From: Gracilinanus agilis
Lineage: Eukaryota
Assembly: GCF_016433145.1 (NCBI RefSeq)
Contig: NC_058132.1
Span: forward strand, 616,636,219 to 616,700,218
Length of the DNA: 64,000 bases
Direction of reading: 5' to 3'
Of the stretch, positions 46,506 to 58,028 are shown piece by piece (position 1 is the first letter of the stretch; each line of letters starts with the position of its first letter). The position numbers and the translations under genes are program-made. Under the pieces are notes generated by a model. That model saw only the letters and a list, made by a program, of their open reading frames with translations. It did no database searches and was not told where the DNA came from.

Positions 46506-47377
46506 TAAAAATTGCGTGTGATTTTTCAGTGCATTCATGAGAATATTCCACAGTCTTTCACCAGGGAGGGACACACATCCTTGGTAAACAGGAAGGACCT
46601 TAAGAGTTAATTTAGTCCAACCCCCTTTTTAAGCAAGTAAAGAAACAGTCCCAGGGGAGTCCTATATTCAAGTTCAAGGTAGAGTTGGGACTAGAACAGA
46701 GGTCTCCTGGCTCCCAGTATGATGACGATGCATCTTTTCTTAGAACTAGAAATTTCTTCTAGGACACGACAATCTCTGCCTGGAACTGGTACCCCTGATC
46801 CTTCCTCTACAAGACTTCAGTTTGGCTTCCTTTTTGTAGGTTTAAATTCAATTCAGTAAATATGCATCAAGGGCCCACTCTTGTGCTTGGCTCTCGGATA
46901 CCAAAAAATCCAAGCATTATTCCTGACCTCAAAAAGCTTAGATTCATCTAGATGATGATGCCTCAGAGATCTTCAATTTATGGGTACAAATCAACATCCA
47001 TTAAGTGACTGAATGGGCAAACTACTTGGCACATGGTTGAGTTACACATGACATGAGAACAAGTCCTGTCTGACCTCGAGGGCAAAGTTGGTTCTAATTA
47101 CAGTGGAAGAGAAAATTTAACAGGATTTTAAACCCTGTAGAAAAGAATCATTTGAAGTCCTTGTTTTTCCAGAGCTTGTGAGACATTGAGGTGGGCCTGA
47201 GTTCAAATGCAGTCACTTCTTATCTATGACCCTGGATAAGTCACTTAACCTCTGCCTCAGTTTCCTTAACTATAAAATGATAATAACAGCATCTACCTCT
47301 CAGGGTTGTTGTGACGATCTTTGTAAATTAATTAGCATAGTGCCTGGCCCATGACAAGCAAGGTATACATTCAAACT

Positions 47378-47393
47378 ATTATTGTTATTGTTA

Positions 47394-47433
<40 letters not shown>
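47378..47433. repeat. (TTA)n / (TTGTTA)n microsatellite
   Basis: Read directly. Confidence 0.95.
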
Positions 47434-47434
<1 letters not shown>

Positions 47435-48309
47435 GTTAGGAAGATCTGAGTTCAAATGCAGCTTCAGACACTTCCTGGCTATGTGACCCCAAGCCACTTA
47501 GTCTGTTTACCTCAATTTCCACATTTGTAAAACAGGGATAATAACGGCACCTTCATACCTCGGTTGTTGTAAAGATAAAATGATCTTTGTGAGGTACTTA
47601 GGAAGGTATTTGGCACATTATATGTTATATAATATGTAGTTACATAAAAAGGGGATTAGACATACTATATGGAATTATAAGATAGTACATTTTGGGGGTA
47701 GAAACAGAACAATGAGATATGAGGAGGGACATCACATAAGTTCCAACATGAAGTATCTGGGAAGACTTCCCAGAAGTTGTGATGCTTGAATTGGGCAGAA
47801 AAAGAGAACTTTCTTGCTTTTTTTATATTGAAATATTTATTTGCTGATGACTTTTTCACAATAAAATTTCCACAACAAATTTACGATCAAAAGAACATTA
47901 TTATTCTATTTTATAAAGAAGAGGCCCAGACCACAAGGTTGTTTTTAGAGAGTACAAGCATGGACTGTATTTTCGGTAATGACACAAACACTGTAAAATC
48001 TGTAATACAAAATACAGACCCAGAACACGGTCTCCAATAAAAACGAAAGCAACACAGCTTGAAGGGGTGCAGGGTGGGGGAAAAGTCGGTTGAGAAGGGG
48101 CACACGTGAAAAAGAAGTTGTGGATAATCTGCTAACAGCCATATGTTAATATTTATGTGTACGTATATATATTTTTTTGGGGGGTCGTTTGTTCTTGTTT
48201 TATATATATATGTTAAAACTAGTTTATAGCAAATGATTTTACGGTTACCTTTAAAAATCCGGCTTATCTGATAACTTGTACGTACTGATAATTAAACTCA
48301 TTAAAAAAT

Positions 48310-48485
48310 CACGGATTGGGTCCAGAGACAGAAAGTCCTGGGATCCAATATGACCATAGGCACTTCCTAGCTGTGTGACCCTGGGCAAATCATTTATCCC
48401 TTATTGTCTAGCCCTTGTCGCTCTTCTGCCTTGGAAGCGACACATAGTTTTAATTTTAAAACGAAAGGCAAGGGTTTTAAAAATA
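48310..48485 (+). mobile_element. Marsupial SINE adjacent to the STK11IP CpG island
   Basis: Shared core and tail. Confidence 0.8.
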
Positions 48486-48539
48486 AACAAAATAAATACC
48501 CCTCTCCCCCTAGATTTATTTATTTAGAAATGTGAAATG

Positions 48540-49330
48540 CAGGAGGCCAGAGAAGGGAAGGATCCGCGTAGGAACAAGCGGTGGGAGGAGGGGCCAAGTT
48601 CTAGCGTCAATGGTCGGAGGCTCCGCCTTCGGACGGAAGCTGAAAAGCCATTCTGTTTCCTTGGGCGCTCACGCTGCTCCTCGCAAGTCGCTACGAGAGA
48701 CCGCAGCCTGGCTCCTCCTCTTCTTCCGCTTCGTCTACCGTGGAGCCGGAAGCCTCAAGGCTCAGCTTCCGCCTCGGCGGGGCGGAACTTCCGCTTTCTC
48801 TCTCCTTCCCCCCTCCCCCCAGGCCGGTGTCCGGCGGCGGAGTCCGTAGGAGGGGCTCCGGGACCTCGGAAGGATCGTTCCGGCCGCACGCCCTTCTCAG
48901 GGGTCCTGGGACACCTCGGAGCCCGACCTCACTTCCTGTGCCACGCTCTGTCCTCCTGCCCAGAGCCGTGAAGTGTCTCTTCGCCCGGCCCCTTCCCCCG
49001 CCCCGAACTGACCCTAGTAAGGCGGTGGGGAGGAGGCCGGGTGGGATCGCTCGGCTCGGCGCTCCAGCTTGGGGTCCTCCTTCCTCCGGCTCCGCCCCCA
49101 AGCTCCTCGTTGCTATGGCGACGAGCTCGTTGGTGTGGAAGCTGGCGGGGCTGCTGCAGGACTCGGGTAAGGGCGCTTCCGGGTCAGGGAGCGAGGACGG
49201 AGAGGGGGAGAATGGGACCACGCTGGGCAGCTCACATGACCAGCCCCTCCCCGAGGCCCTGGAGCCCCATGCCCTATGGTGTGTCGAGTTCGAGAGCTGC
49301 CTTCCAGCTGTGTCGTTTTGGGCCGCTAGG
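48540..49330. promoter_or_regulatory. STK11IP CpG-island promoter
   Basis: CpG-rich, with ETS motifs (CCGGAAG; palindromic GCGGAACTTCCGC at 48782-94), GC boxes and an X-box-like site at 49109-49122. Confidence 0.85.
49115..49166 (+). CDS. STK11IP: STK11IP coding exon 1 (MATSSLVWKLAGLLQDS)
   Basis: gctATGG start and G|GTAAGG donor; matches recalled SLLWKLAGLLRESG. Joined 24-exon CDS = 3210 nt, about 1069 aa. Confidence 0.9.
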
Positions 49331-49609
49331 GGACACCATAGTGCACAGAGGGCCTGGCCTGCAATCAGGAAAACCTGAGTTCAAATCCTGCCTCCGCTCT
49401 TCCTAGCCGTGTGACCCATGGCAAGTCACGTTATCTCTGCTTCAGTTTCCTCACCAATAAAATGATAATAATAGCTTCTAAGTCCTAAGATGAACATAAT
49501 TATAGAGTGCTTACATAACACAAAGACTGCACATAGTAGGTGCTCTTTGAGCTGTTAATCATCATCATCATCATCATCATCATCGTTAAAAGAGAATAAT
49601 TGGTTTCTT

Positions 49610-49765
49610 ACAAAACCCCCTTAACTTTTGTCTTAGACTCAATATTATTTATTGGTTCCAAGGCAGGAGAGTGATAAGGGCTAGACAATGGAGGTTAAGG
49701 GACTTGCCCAGGGTCACACAGCTTGGCTGTGACTGAGATAAGATTTGAACCCAGGGCTTCCTGTC
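49610..49765 (-). mobile_element. Marsupial SINE
   Basis: Reverse copy. Confidence 0.75.
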
Positions 49766-49849
49766 TGAATCCTGGTAGCTCTTCCAGATCTCCAGGTCAC
49801 TCCTCTGTTCCTACTCTAATACTTGGGGACTTTCAACTTTTCCTCCAGC

Positions 49850-51670
49850 CCAAACTACTGACTCTTTGACTTACTGCTTCAAGCCAGCTCAGCCACGCAC
49901 AAAGATGATCCCGCTCTTGAACTTGTGTCACCCATGAAGGTGCCATCTCCGTGTCCCTCCTGTGACGGCTCCATTAGCTCTCTCCACCTTTTCCTGTGCC
50001 ACTGTGCCAGAGTCCTTTCTGATCTGGTGTTCCACAACCTCAGCTGGCTCCTCACCGCCTCCTAGGCAAAGCTGCTGAACTTTCCTTATTTGCTCATTAC
50101 CTGGCTCTTCCAAACCTTATCATCCTTCCTCAGACCTCCCACGGCTCCCCCTTCCCCTACTTATGAGGGCTGTCCACTGAACCCCCTCTTCTCTCCCATC
50201 ATCCCTTAGGTGTTGCCTGCCACTCTCTCCTCCATCCATCTCTCCTCTCTCCTATTTCACTTGGTGATCTTATCACGACCCCCTTACATTACATCTTACA
50301 TTATACAAAGGCGGCCTTTCCCCTTCCCCAGGCTAAGCCTCTGCCTGCTCAAGGGATCCTGGAACATCCTGTCTTCTCCCACAGATTGCCCCCTATTCTC
50401 ATCCTCATTCTGTCACTCATCTTCAGGTTTTTCTGTCTATTGACTCCTTTCCAACTGCCTGCAAACATGCCCATGCCTCGTCCTGCCTCAACAAAGGCCT
50501 CAATTGATCTCTTCATCCCAGCTGACCATCTCCTGGATCTCTTCTGCCCTTTTGGCCAGATTCCTCAAAAAGACCATCTGCAATAGGTGCTTGGAGTCCA
50601 GCTTCCAACATTATTATTCCACCTAAAGTGCTCTCTCCAACGTTACTAATGACCTCTTAGTTCTCAAATCCCTTGGCCTTTTCTCCATCCTCGTTCTCCT
50701 TGATCTCTCTGCAGCCTTTGGCTCCATCAATCTCTCTCTCCTCCCTGATTCTGGCTTCTCTGAGAGCCTTCTGATTTCAGCCACCTCTAGTTCTCCTCCT
50801 GCCTATGTGACCACTCCTCTGACTGCCTTTCTGGATCCTCCTTCAGACCATGCCCCTCCTGGGGGTGTCCCTCTGTTCTGCCCCGAGTGCTCTCCTTTCT
50901 CCTTTTTCACTTGGTGATCTCATCACGACTCTCTCCATGCTGAGCTTTCTCAAATCTGCCTTTCCTGACTCAGCTTCTCTACTGAGCTCTGATCTCACAT
51001 CTCCAACTGCCTTCCAATAAAGCCTATCCAGGACTGAACTCATGTTTCTTTACCCCTAATTTCTGTCCCCTCTCCTATGGAAGACTGTAGCCAGCAGCAC
51101 CCTCCTTCCCACCTGTCAGGCTACTGCCTGGGGGGATAATCCTCTCCCCCATCACTAGGCTGAAGTCAAGGTAGTTTCATTCTTTGAAAAACGTGCTTTC
51201 TCTAAAAGTATGTGTCTGACCATGTTCCCCCTTCTTTGTAAACTCCAGTGGCTCCCTTTTCCCTCCAGAATCAAATGCAAATGCCTTTCATGGTGTCCCA
51301 GGCCCTTCAGCACCTAGTGCATCCCCCCCTCCAATAACGTATGACATTGGCCTCCTGGCTGTTCCAGCCACAAGACCCTCCATCTCCTGACTCTAGACAT
51401 TCTCTCTGCCCAGAATGTATGTTCTCCCTCCTCGTGTCTGCTTGCTGGCTTCCCTCAGTCACAGCAAAGATTCCTCTTGCAGGAAGGAAGCCTTTCCCAG
51501 CCTCTTTTAATTATTTCCCATCTATCCTTGATTTAGCTTGTTCATACAGGTTTATGTGTTGTTTGCCCTCCTTAGACTGTGAATTCCTGGAGGGCAGGCA
51601 CCGTCTTTTTTTATCCCTAGTGCTTGTCACTGGGCCTGACTGTTAGGGGACTCTTAATAAATGTTTATTA
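49850..51670 (+). mobile_element. Degenerate L2 LINE 3' portion in STK11IP intron 1
   Basis: Pyrimidine-rich; ...atgacctcttag...ccttgatctctctgcagcctttg...; ends cttaataaatgtttatt, typical of the L2 3' end. Confidence 0.7.
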
Positions 51671-52239
51671 CCTGATTTCTCTCTCTCCCCCTTTTCCCCT
51701 CATTTACTTTGCTTAAATGTTGGGTTAACTTTTCTGTCTCCCTACAGTAGTGTATAAGCGTCTTGGTGGTGAGTTCTGTTTCATTTTTGTCTAGAGTCTA
51801 TGGAGCATATGGTAAGGTTGTGGCTTCATAGCTTTAGAGTTGGAAGGTCCCTAAATCTTATCTAATGTGCTCATTTTGTAGAGGAGGATGCAGAAGTCTA
51901 GAGATGGGAAGTGACTGCTCAGGGAAAGGCAGTCAGAAACAGACTCGGGATTTGAACCCAAGCACTGTGACTTTAAATCCGGCGAGTTTTCTGGGGGTCA
52001 TACAGCCCAGGCCCTTGGTGAAGGCTTGATAAAGAATCAAATGGCAGCCTGGGGAGCCGTGCTTTCATGTTGGAGGCAGTGAGGTGCTGCCAGATGTTTT
52101 AGAACAGGGCTGGGGTATGGTGAGAGACAAGCTGGCCTGGCCTCAGGAAAGCAGGTCAGTGGGCTGAGGCTCTCTGCATTGGTGCTGAGGGGTAGAGCTC
52201 CCCAGCTCACTGTGTCTCTTCTTGGTCCTTTTCCCAAAG

Positions 52240-52445
52240 GTGACCTGGTCCTCTCCGGCTGCAGCACACTGACCCTGTTGACCACCACCTTGCAGCGGCT
52301 GAACCATGTGTTTGAACTTCACCTGGGGCCCTGGGGTCCAGGGCAGGCTGGCTTCGTGGCTCTGCCCTCCCACCCTGCAGACTCCCCTACTATCCTGCAG
52401 CTTCAGTTCCTCTTCGATATCCTGCAGAAAACACTTTCACTCAAG
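52240..52445 (+). CDS. STK11IP: STK11IP coding exon 2
   Basis: [35 protein letters not shown]...LQKTLSLK. Confidence 0.95.
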
Positions 52446-52653
52446 GTTTAGGGGCCGATGGGAATGTGGGTATTAGGGGGAGTAGGCAACTAACAAGTGT
52501 TCAAGGGGTCTGAGCCTGGGGCTTGGAGGTAGGTTGGCTCAAGGTCTGGTTGCAAGGATCCAGGAGAGGCGGCCCTGTATAATTAAGGGATGCTGGGTCA
52601 AGGGAGAGGCCCATGGCTCACTCCAGGGAGCTCTATTCTTTTCTCTCTCTTAG

Positions 52654-52728
52654 CTAGTACATATCCCTGGCCCTGGCCCTCAAGGCCCCATCAGGATCTT
52701 CCCCTTCAAGTCCCTGAAGCAGCTGGAG
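52654..52728 (+). CDS. STK11IP: STK11IP coding exon 3
   Basis: LVHIPGPGPQGPIRIFPFKSLKQLE; canonical splice sites. Confidence 0.93.
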
Positions 52729-53066
52729 GTATGGTGAGATGGGAAGGGCATGGCTTTGTACAGCTCAGTTTGAAGAAGCTCTTTGGGGATCTGAGAGGGA
52801 TGATCCTTTCCTCTTTCCCTCTGCCCTCCTCACTTGACTCATCAGAGGTTTCCCAGAATCCAGCAGTACATGACCTCTTCTTCCTCTTTTGATAACTCTT
52901 ATTTTCCATCTTAGAATCAAGACTAAGTATCTGTTCCAAGGCAGAGCCACCTAGTCACCCCTCTTTTTCCTTTGTCATATCAACTACTTTTACAATAATT
53001 CCACTCCTACCATCATCTCCCTTATTGTTTCCTCTGTCTCTTTTGGTTATGAAACCTTCTCCCCAG

Positions 53067-53162
53067 CTACGAGCTGTCCCCCTTCACTGTCTGTGTGGCC
53101 TCCGGGGAGTCTACTCTCAGCTTGAGACTCTGATCTGCAGCAGAAGCCTCCGAGCACTCGAG
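53067..53162 (+). CDS. STK11IP: STK11IP coding exon 4
   Basis: LRAVPLHCLCGLRGVYSQLETLICSRSLRALE. Confidence 0.94.
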
Positions 53163-53304
53163 GTAAAGGGAAAGTGGGAGGGGGTGGGCATGGTGCCCAC
53201 CTTCCTCTGAGAGGATGTTGTTCCTGGTGGTGGGGAATAAGACATGGGCTGTGGGGGACCCTCAGAGAAGGTGGGCAGACTGTTGAGCTTTTCTCCTTGC
53301 TCAG

Positions 53305-53412
53305 GAACTGCTGTCAGCTTGTGGAGGTGACCTCTGCTCTGCCCTCCCCTGGCTTGCCCTGGTTTGTGCTGATTTTAGTTATAATTTTTTGACTACCTTG
53401 GACCGATCCTTG
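53305..53412 (+). CDS. STK11IP: STK11IP coding exon 5 (LRR)
   Basis: [36 protein letters not shown]. Confidence 0.93.
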
Positions 53413-53503
53413 GTGAGTGGGGTGAGGAGAAGGGCCCTGAAGGGAGGAGGGGGGAAATGGAGCCATCCATCCTGAGGGGCTCCTTTTGACTCATTTCCCT
53501 CAG

Positions 53504-53575
53504 CATCTCTTGTCAGCTCTTCAGATCTTGAATCTAAGCCACAATCAAGTCAGGGACTGTGAAGACTTCTTGACT
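53504..53575 (+). CDS. STK11IP: STK11IP coding exon 6 (LRR)
   Basis: HLLSALQILNLSHNQVRDCEDFLT. Confidence 0.93.
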
Positions 53576-53781
53576 GTGAGTGTGAGGGCAGTAGCTGGGG
53601 CTGGGGGGTTGGGTGGAGGCCTGCGATAGCTGCACCCCCGGCCCCTAAACAGTTCTTCCTTCTGTACTCCTCTACCCGACACAACCATTTGGACCTAAAT
53701 CTTAGCTCATTTAGGCTGTTTTGTCTCCCACACGTGGGTACAATTTTATTCTAGCCTTATTATGCCATCTCTGCCCTCCAG

Positions 53782-53908
53782 GCATTGTCTGAGTTGCGAC
53801 ATCTGGATGTCTCTTATAACCGCCTTCAGTCAGTCCCAGTGATGGGCCCCTCAGGAGCTGTGCTGAGGACTGTGGTACTGAGGGGCAACGAGCTTCGAAG
53901 CTTATGTG
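53782..53908 (+). CDS. STK11IP: STK11IP coding exon 7 (LRR)
   Basis: ALSELRHLDVSYNRLQSVPVMGPSGAVLRTVVLRGNELRSLC. Confidence 0.95.
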
Positions 53909-54059
53909 GTGAGTGGGAGGGGGAGGCACGGAGGAGAAAGGTGATAGAGAAAAGAAAGAAAGGGGCCCTGAGAGAAGTGGGGATGGCGGCGTGAGCTTAT
54001 TTAGGGCATAAGTGTGCCTAGTGTGGTATTTGTATTTTGATACCGATTCTCCCCATCAG

Positions 54060-54163
54060 GGCTGGATCAGCTGAGGGGCCTTCGGCATTTGGATGTGGCG
54101 TATAATCTTCTAGAACAACACAGAGAGCTCGTGCCCTTGAGCATGCTGCCTGAGCTCCACAGA
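54060..54163 (+). CDS. STK11IP: STK11IP coding exon 8 (LRR)
   Basis: GLDQLRGLRHLDVAYNLLEQHRELVPLSMLPELHR. Confidence 0.94.
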
Positions 54164-54318
54164 GTGAGCTAGGGCCTTGGGGGACGGGCAGCTGGCTTCT
54201 CCGTGCTGGGAGGAGGGCCCAAGCTCTGAGTTTGGCTGGAAGAATGAAGTTGAGGGACCAGCGTTCCTCTCAGCTCAGTGCCATCGTACTCGATGCAGTT
54301 TATCTTCTGTCTCCACAG

Positions 54319-54417
54319 CTTCACCTAGAGGGGAATCCTCTGTCCTTTCACCCTGACCACCGAGCAGCTACTGTCCAGTATTTGTCACCGCAGGTCAAGG
54401 AAGCTTCTCCCCTGGGG
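54319..54417 (+). CDS. STK11IP: STK11IP coding exon 9 (LRR cap)
   Basis: LHLEGNPLSFHPDHRAATVQYLSPQVKEASPLG. Confidence 0.92.
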
Positions 54418-55380
54418 GTAAACTATTTTGGCCCTTTCTTTCTTCAACTTTTTAAAAGCATTTTTGAAAATCCAATTTTTTAATTGATATCTTGTTTTCA
54501 TATTGCCTGGATCTCCTGCTCCCATCCTTCCTTTCCTTCTCAAGATCCATTGTTGTAACAAGGAATATTTTTTTTTAAAGCAAGAAAAGACTGGAGAAGA
54601 GAAAAATCGATAGAACTGACATATTGAAAAAGTCTGATGTTATAGGCAGTGATTCATCCCCACGGACTTCAAACTGTGCCAAAGAACAGGGGAGGTGCTT
54701 GGGGGTCCAACTGGCTCTTTTTATCTCACAGCATTTGGTTTTGATTGTTTTATTGTTCTTTCTATTTCCATTGCTGTAGTCTCTGTCTTTGCATACTTTA
54801 CTCTGCAACCTTTCATAGGTTTCCCTGTTCCACAGTATGTATCATGCTCTATAATAATATAATATAATAATACATTTCTGGTTTATTTATATCACTGTGT
54901 TACTTCTCAGTGACTCTTCCCAGGAGAATCCTGTCCTGTCTCAGATCAGGACAGTCATGTAGAACCTCTCTGAAAGTGTCTCATGCCTTGGCTCTTTCTA
55001 GAGAGGTGGCAGGAAGGAATGCTGTGGGTCCTCTGTAGGCTAATGGGTTGTCACTGACCCAGGATCTGGAGGCTTCAGGATGATTTCCTCTCATGCCATT
55101 GTGGTTGTTGTGTAAATTGTTCTTCGCCTCTGATTACTTTTCTTCTCCCACCTTTCTTTGCATTCCCTCTTGCCAGGCTTGGGGGCTAATCCTGGGCCCT
55201 TTGGAATGTGGCACATGCGTGCTGTCTCTCTTGTTCTTGTCGCCACTTTGGCAATATTGAGGGTCCTCGGGGTGTCCTGCACTTTTCCCACCTTGCCCTT
55301 CTCCAGGGTATCCAGAGCATTTGCTCATGTTCCCCCTCCCCAGCACTTCCCTGCTCACATGCAGCTTTTGTTCTTTTCAG

Positions 55381-55422
55381 TTTTTTCTGGATGGGGAGCC
55401 CCTGTCCCGTGCAGACCTGCAG
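55381..55422 (+). CDS. STK11IP: STK11IP coding exon 10 (42-bp exon)
   Basis: ttcttttcag|FFLDGEPLSRADLQ|GTCAGT; matches recalled FLLDGKVLSLTDFQ. Confidence 0.88.
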
Positions 55423-55646
55423 GTCAGTCTTGGGAGAGGGATCTGGCAGGGACCAAATAGGGTGGGCCAGGCAGGTTAATAGGTGCTGCCCAGTGAACTC
55501 AGAGGGGCTGCTGGTGGTGGTGGTGATGCTGGCAGTGGTGATGGTTTCCTGCCTAATTGGCAGCCATAATCCTGTTCCTTACCATGACTGAAGCCTGTAT
55601 CTTTTTTCTGTTTTTATAAAAGCCCATTCTTTTTATGTGCTTCCAG

Positions 55647-55793
55647 CCTCCCACATCTTCTGGGCTTTGCTCCTTGGCCCTTCCTCTACCCCCTCTCGGC
55701 GGAAGTGCCTCCGAGACCTCCTATGGCCCTGACCTCAGTGACAGCCCCTCCTCAGGAGCTGTCCTGGTGCGCCCTCTCCCTCGGAAGTCCAGG
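55647..55793 (+). CDS. STK11IP: STK11IP coding exon 11
   Basis: PPTSSG...ETSYGPDLSDSPSSGAVLVRPLPRKSR. Confidence 0.9.
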
Positions 55794-55942
55794 GTGAGCC
55801 TGCACTGCCTTGTGCCTGGGCCACTCACCCCGACCCTTGGCAGTGTTGGATTGGGGGAAGGTGGGGGTACCTGGAGGCAAAGGGTTGTGTGTCCTGAGGT
55901 CCCGCTTAACTCAGAAAGGAATTTCCTTTTTGTCACCCTCAG

Positions 55943-56027
55943 AGCCGAGTCCGTGTGAGACAGGCTAGTATCTCAGAGCCAAGCGACACGGATCCTGAAC
56001 CCCGAACTCCGGAACCCTCCCCCGCTG
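55943..56027 (+). CDS. STK11IP: STK11IP coding exon 12
   Basis: SRVRVRQASISEPSDTDPEPRTPEPSPA. Confidence 0.94.
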
Positions 56028-56347
56028 GTGAGACCCGGCCCCAGATTTTCCTCATGTCCCCCAGAGTTTCAGCTTTGTGCCTCCCGACCTTTGCTTCTGT
56101 CCCTGCTGATGATGCCTCCCCATCCCTGACCCTTCTGCAGTTCCCCTCCTTTAAAGGCCTTCTCTGGGCCCCCCCCCCCCATTGTGCTGGGTGGTTGGTT
56201 CTGGATTCTCAAGGGACTAGGTTGGCCCCAGGGTGATGCGCTTTTCAGCCTCCATCTTCTAAGGCCCATCACAGAGGCCTTGAAGACTTCCGAAGGGCTT
56301 GGGGAGACCTGACCCGGCCCCTCACCCCTTTATTCTGTCTCTTCTAG

Positions 56348-56680
56348 GCTGGTTTGTGCAACAGCAGCGGGAGCTGGAGCTCATGAACAGCTTTCGGGAG
56401 AGATTTGGTAGTGATTGGCTGCAGTACCGGAGCCACCTGGAGACCCCTGGGACACCTCCTCTGGGGACTCCCAAGACCTCTGACTTTGGCGAGCTCCCCC
56501 TGGACCCCCCAAATACTCAGAGCCTTTCCAGCTCGCTGCAGCTGGGGGAGGGAGCCAGCAGCGTAGAGGGATCCCTCCTGATTGGGCCAGAAGGGGGCCT
56601 GGCAGAGGAAGGGGTGGCTGCGGGGGTGGAGGCAGCTGCCGAGGAAGCCGAAGAGGGAGGCCCTGAGGAGGACGGAGAAG
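56348..56680 (+). CDS. STK11IP: STK11IP coding exon 13 (includes acidic stretch)
   Basis: WFVQQQRELELMNSFRERFGSDWLQYRSHLE...GPEEDGE. Confidence 0.92.
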
Positions 56681-56766
56681 GTGAGAGTGTGTGTCCATCA
56701 GGGGGTGCTCTGAGAGGGGCCTGGCCTTCGGGGTGTCCCAGCGCCTCCCCTCGTGTCTCTCTCCAG

Positions 56767-56978
56767 TGGAGCTGTGCCGCCCGGTGCTGGTGCGGCTGCT
56801 GGAGGGGGCCGACGGGGCCTGCGGCCCAGAGCGCTTTCTCCGGGTCACGTCCGGCCATTTGCTGGAAGTGGAGCTGCAGGCCGCGCGCATCCTCGAGCGC
56901 CTGGACCTTCGGAGCCTGCAGGCCGCCGAGCTGGAGTCCGAGGCTGAGCCGCAGGCCTGGAGTGGGGCAGCGTCTGCG
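56767..56978 (+). CDS. STK11IP: STK11IP coding exon 14
   Basis: VELCRPVLVRLLEG...FLRVTSGHLLEVELQAARILERLDL...GAASA. Confidence 0.93.
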
Positions 56979-57083
56979 GTAAGAGGCGGCACGGGGAGAG
57001 GTGGCGGGGGGCCCCGTGCATGGGGAGGGTGTGCGGGGCCTGCGGCCTCCTAGGCCTCCCTTCCTCTCCGTCCCTCTTCCCAG

Positions 57084-57203
57084 GACTGTGATCACGCCGC
57101 CGCCGAGGCCCCGGTCCTCGTCCTGCGCTTCTCCTACATCTGTTCTGACCGGCAGCTCCGACGGTACCTGGTGTTGGAGGCCGATGCCCCGGCCGCTGCC
57201 GAG
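57084..57203 (+). CDS. STK11IP: STK11IP coding exon 15
   Basis: DCDH...LRFSYICSDRQLRRYLVLEADAPAAAE; weak donor GTGCCA. Confidence 0.88.
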
Positions 57204-57308
57204 GTGCCAGGCCCTGGGGGGCCCGGGGAGCTGGGGGGGCACAGAGGAAGGGCGGGGCCTGGACAGGCTCTGGGGAGAGGCTCCAGCCAGGCTGCACTTA
57301 CATTTCAG

Positions 57309-57477
57309 GAGCTGCTCGCTGTCCTGGCCCCTATAGCGGCTGCCACGAGGCTTCAGCCGGGGGCAGCCGGAGGCCCTGTGGGAGGCCGGCTGCGCTGCCT
57401 CCGCTGCCATCAGCTCAGCACAGTGACCGTTTCCAAAGAGGAGCTGGACAGCCAGGGCGGGTGGACACCAAAGACGA
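57309..57477 (+). CDS. STK11IP: STK11IP coding exon 16
   Basis: ELLAVLAP...RLRCLRCHQ...GWTPKT. Confidence 0.88.
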
Positions 57478-57639
57478 GTACGAGGCTGGCCCCCTCCCTG
57501 CCCGCACACAGGCTCTTCCCTCTGGTGCAGGGAGGGGGCCCTAATGGGGTGATGGCGGCTTTGGGAGGGGGTGTGGGGTGAGCACGGCTGGGGCGGGGGA
57601 GCCTCTGTGGGGGGCACCTCACGGCCCCCCTCTCTGCAG

Positions 57640-57873
57640 ATTCCCCCATCCTGTGCCCCGTGTGTGGCAGTGACCACGTCATTCTGTGGCCCCAACACGA
57701 TGACGATGACGCTCCGGGTGGGGATGGATCCGAAGCGGGGCCGGGCCCGGCCTCCTCGCACCCCCCCAGCACCCCCGCCGGCTCCTTGGACGATGTTGAC
57801 GGCGATCCCCTCAGCAGCTCCTCCCCCCGGGCCCAGGCGCCCCACGATGCCAATAGCTGGGGCCTCTGTCCTG
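57640..57873 (+). CDS. STK11IP: STK11IP coding exon 17
   Basis: SPILCPVCGSDHVILW...DANSWGLCP. Confidence 0.9.
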
Positions 57874-58028
57874 GTGAGTCCGGGCTCAGGGTCTGACCCC
57901 TGACCTGCCAGCCGCTCGCCCTTTCTGGGCCTCTGCGTCCCCTTTCATAAACCGGGCCGGGAGTGGGCGGGAGAGGGAGAGGGAAGGCTGAGCTGCGGAT
58001 GAGGACTCGGTCTGTGCCTGGCCTCCAG

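Noticed and set aside
47300-47497. Poly-Asn ORF
   Set aside because: Translation of a (TTA)n microsatellite inside MIR-like sequence
48230-48300. Possible C/D box snoRNA (ATGATT...CTGA)
   Set aside because: No proper RTGATGA box C or terminal stem, and it is not intronic
56517-57845. 442-aa antisense ORF in STK11IP
   Set aside because: GTG start, stop-poor GC-rich shadow of sense exons, and no recognisable domain
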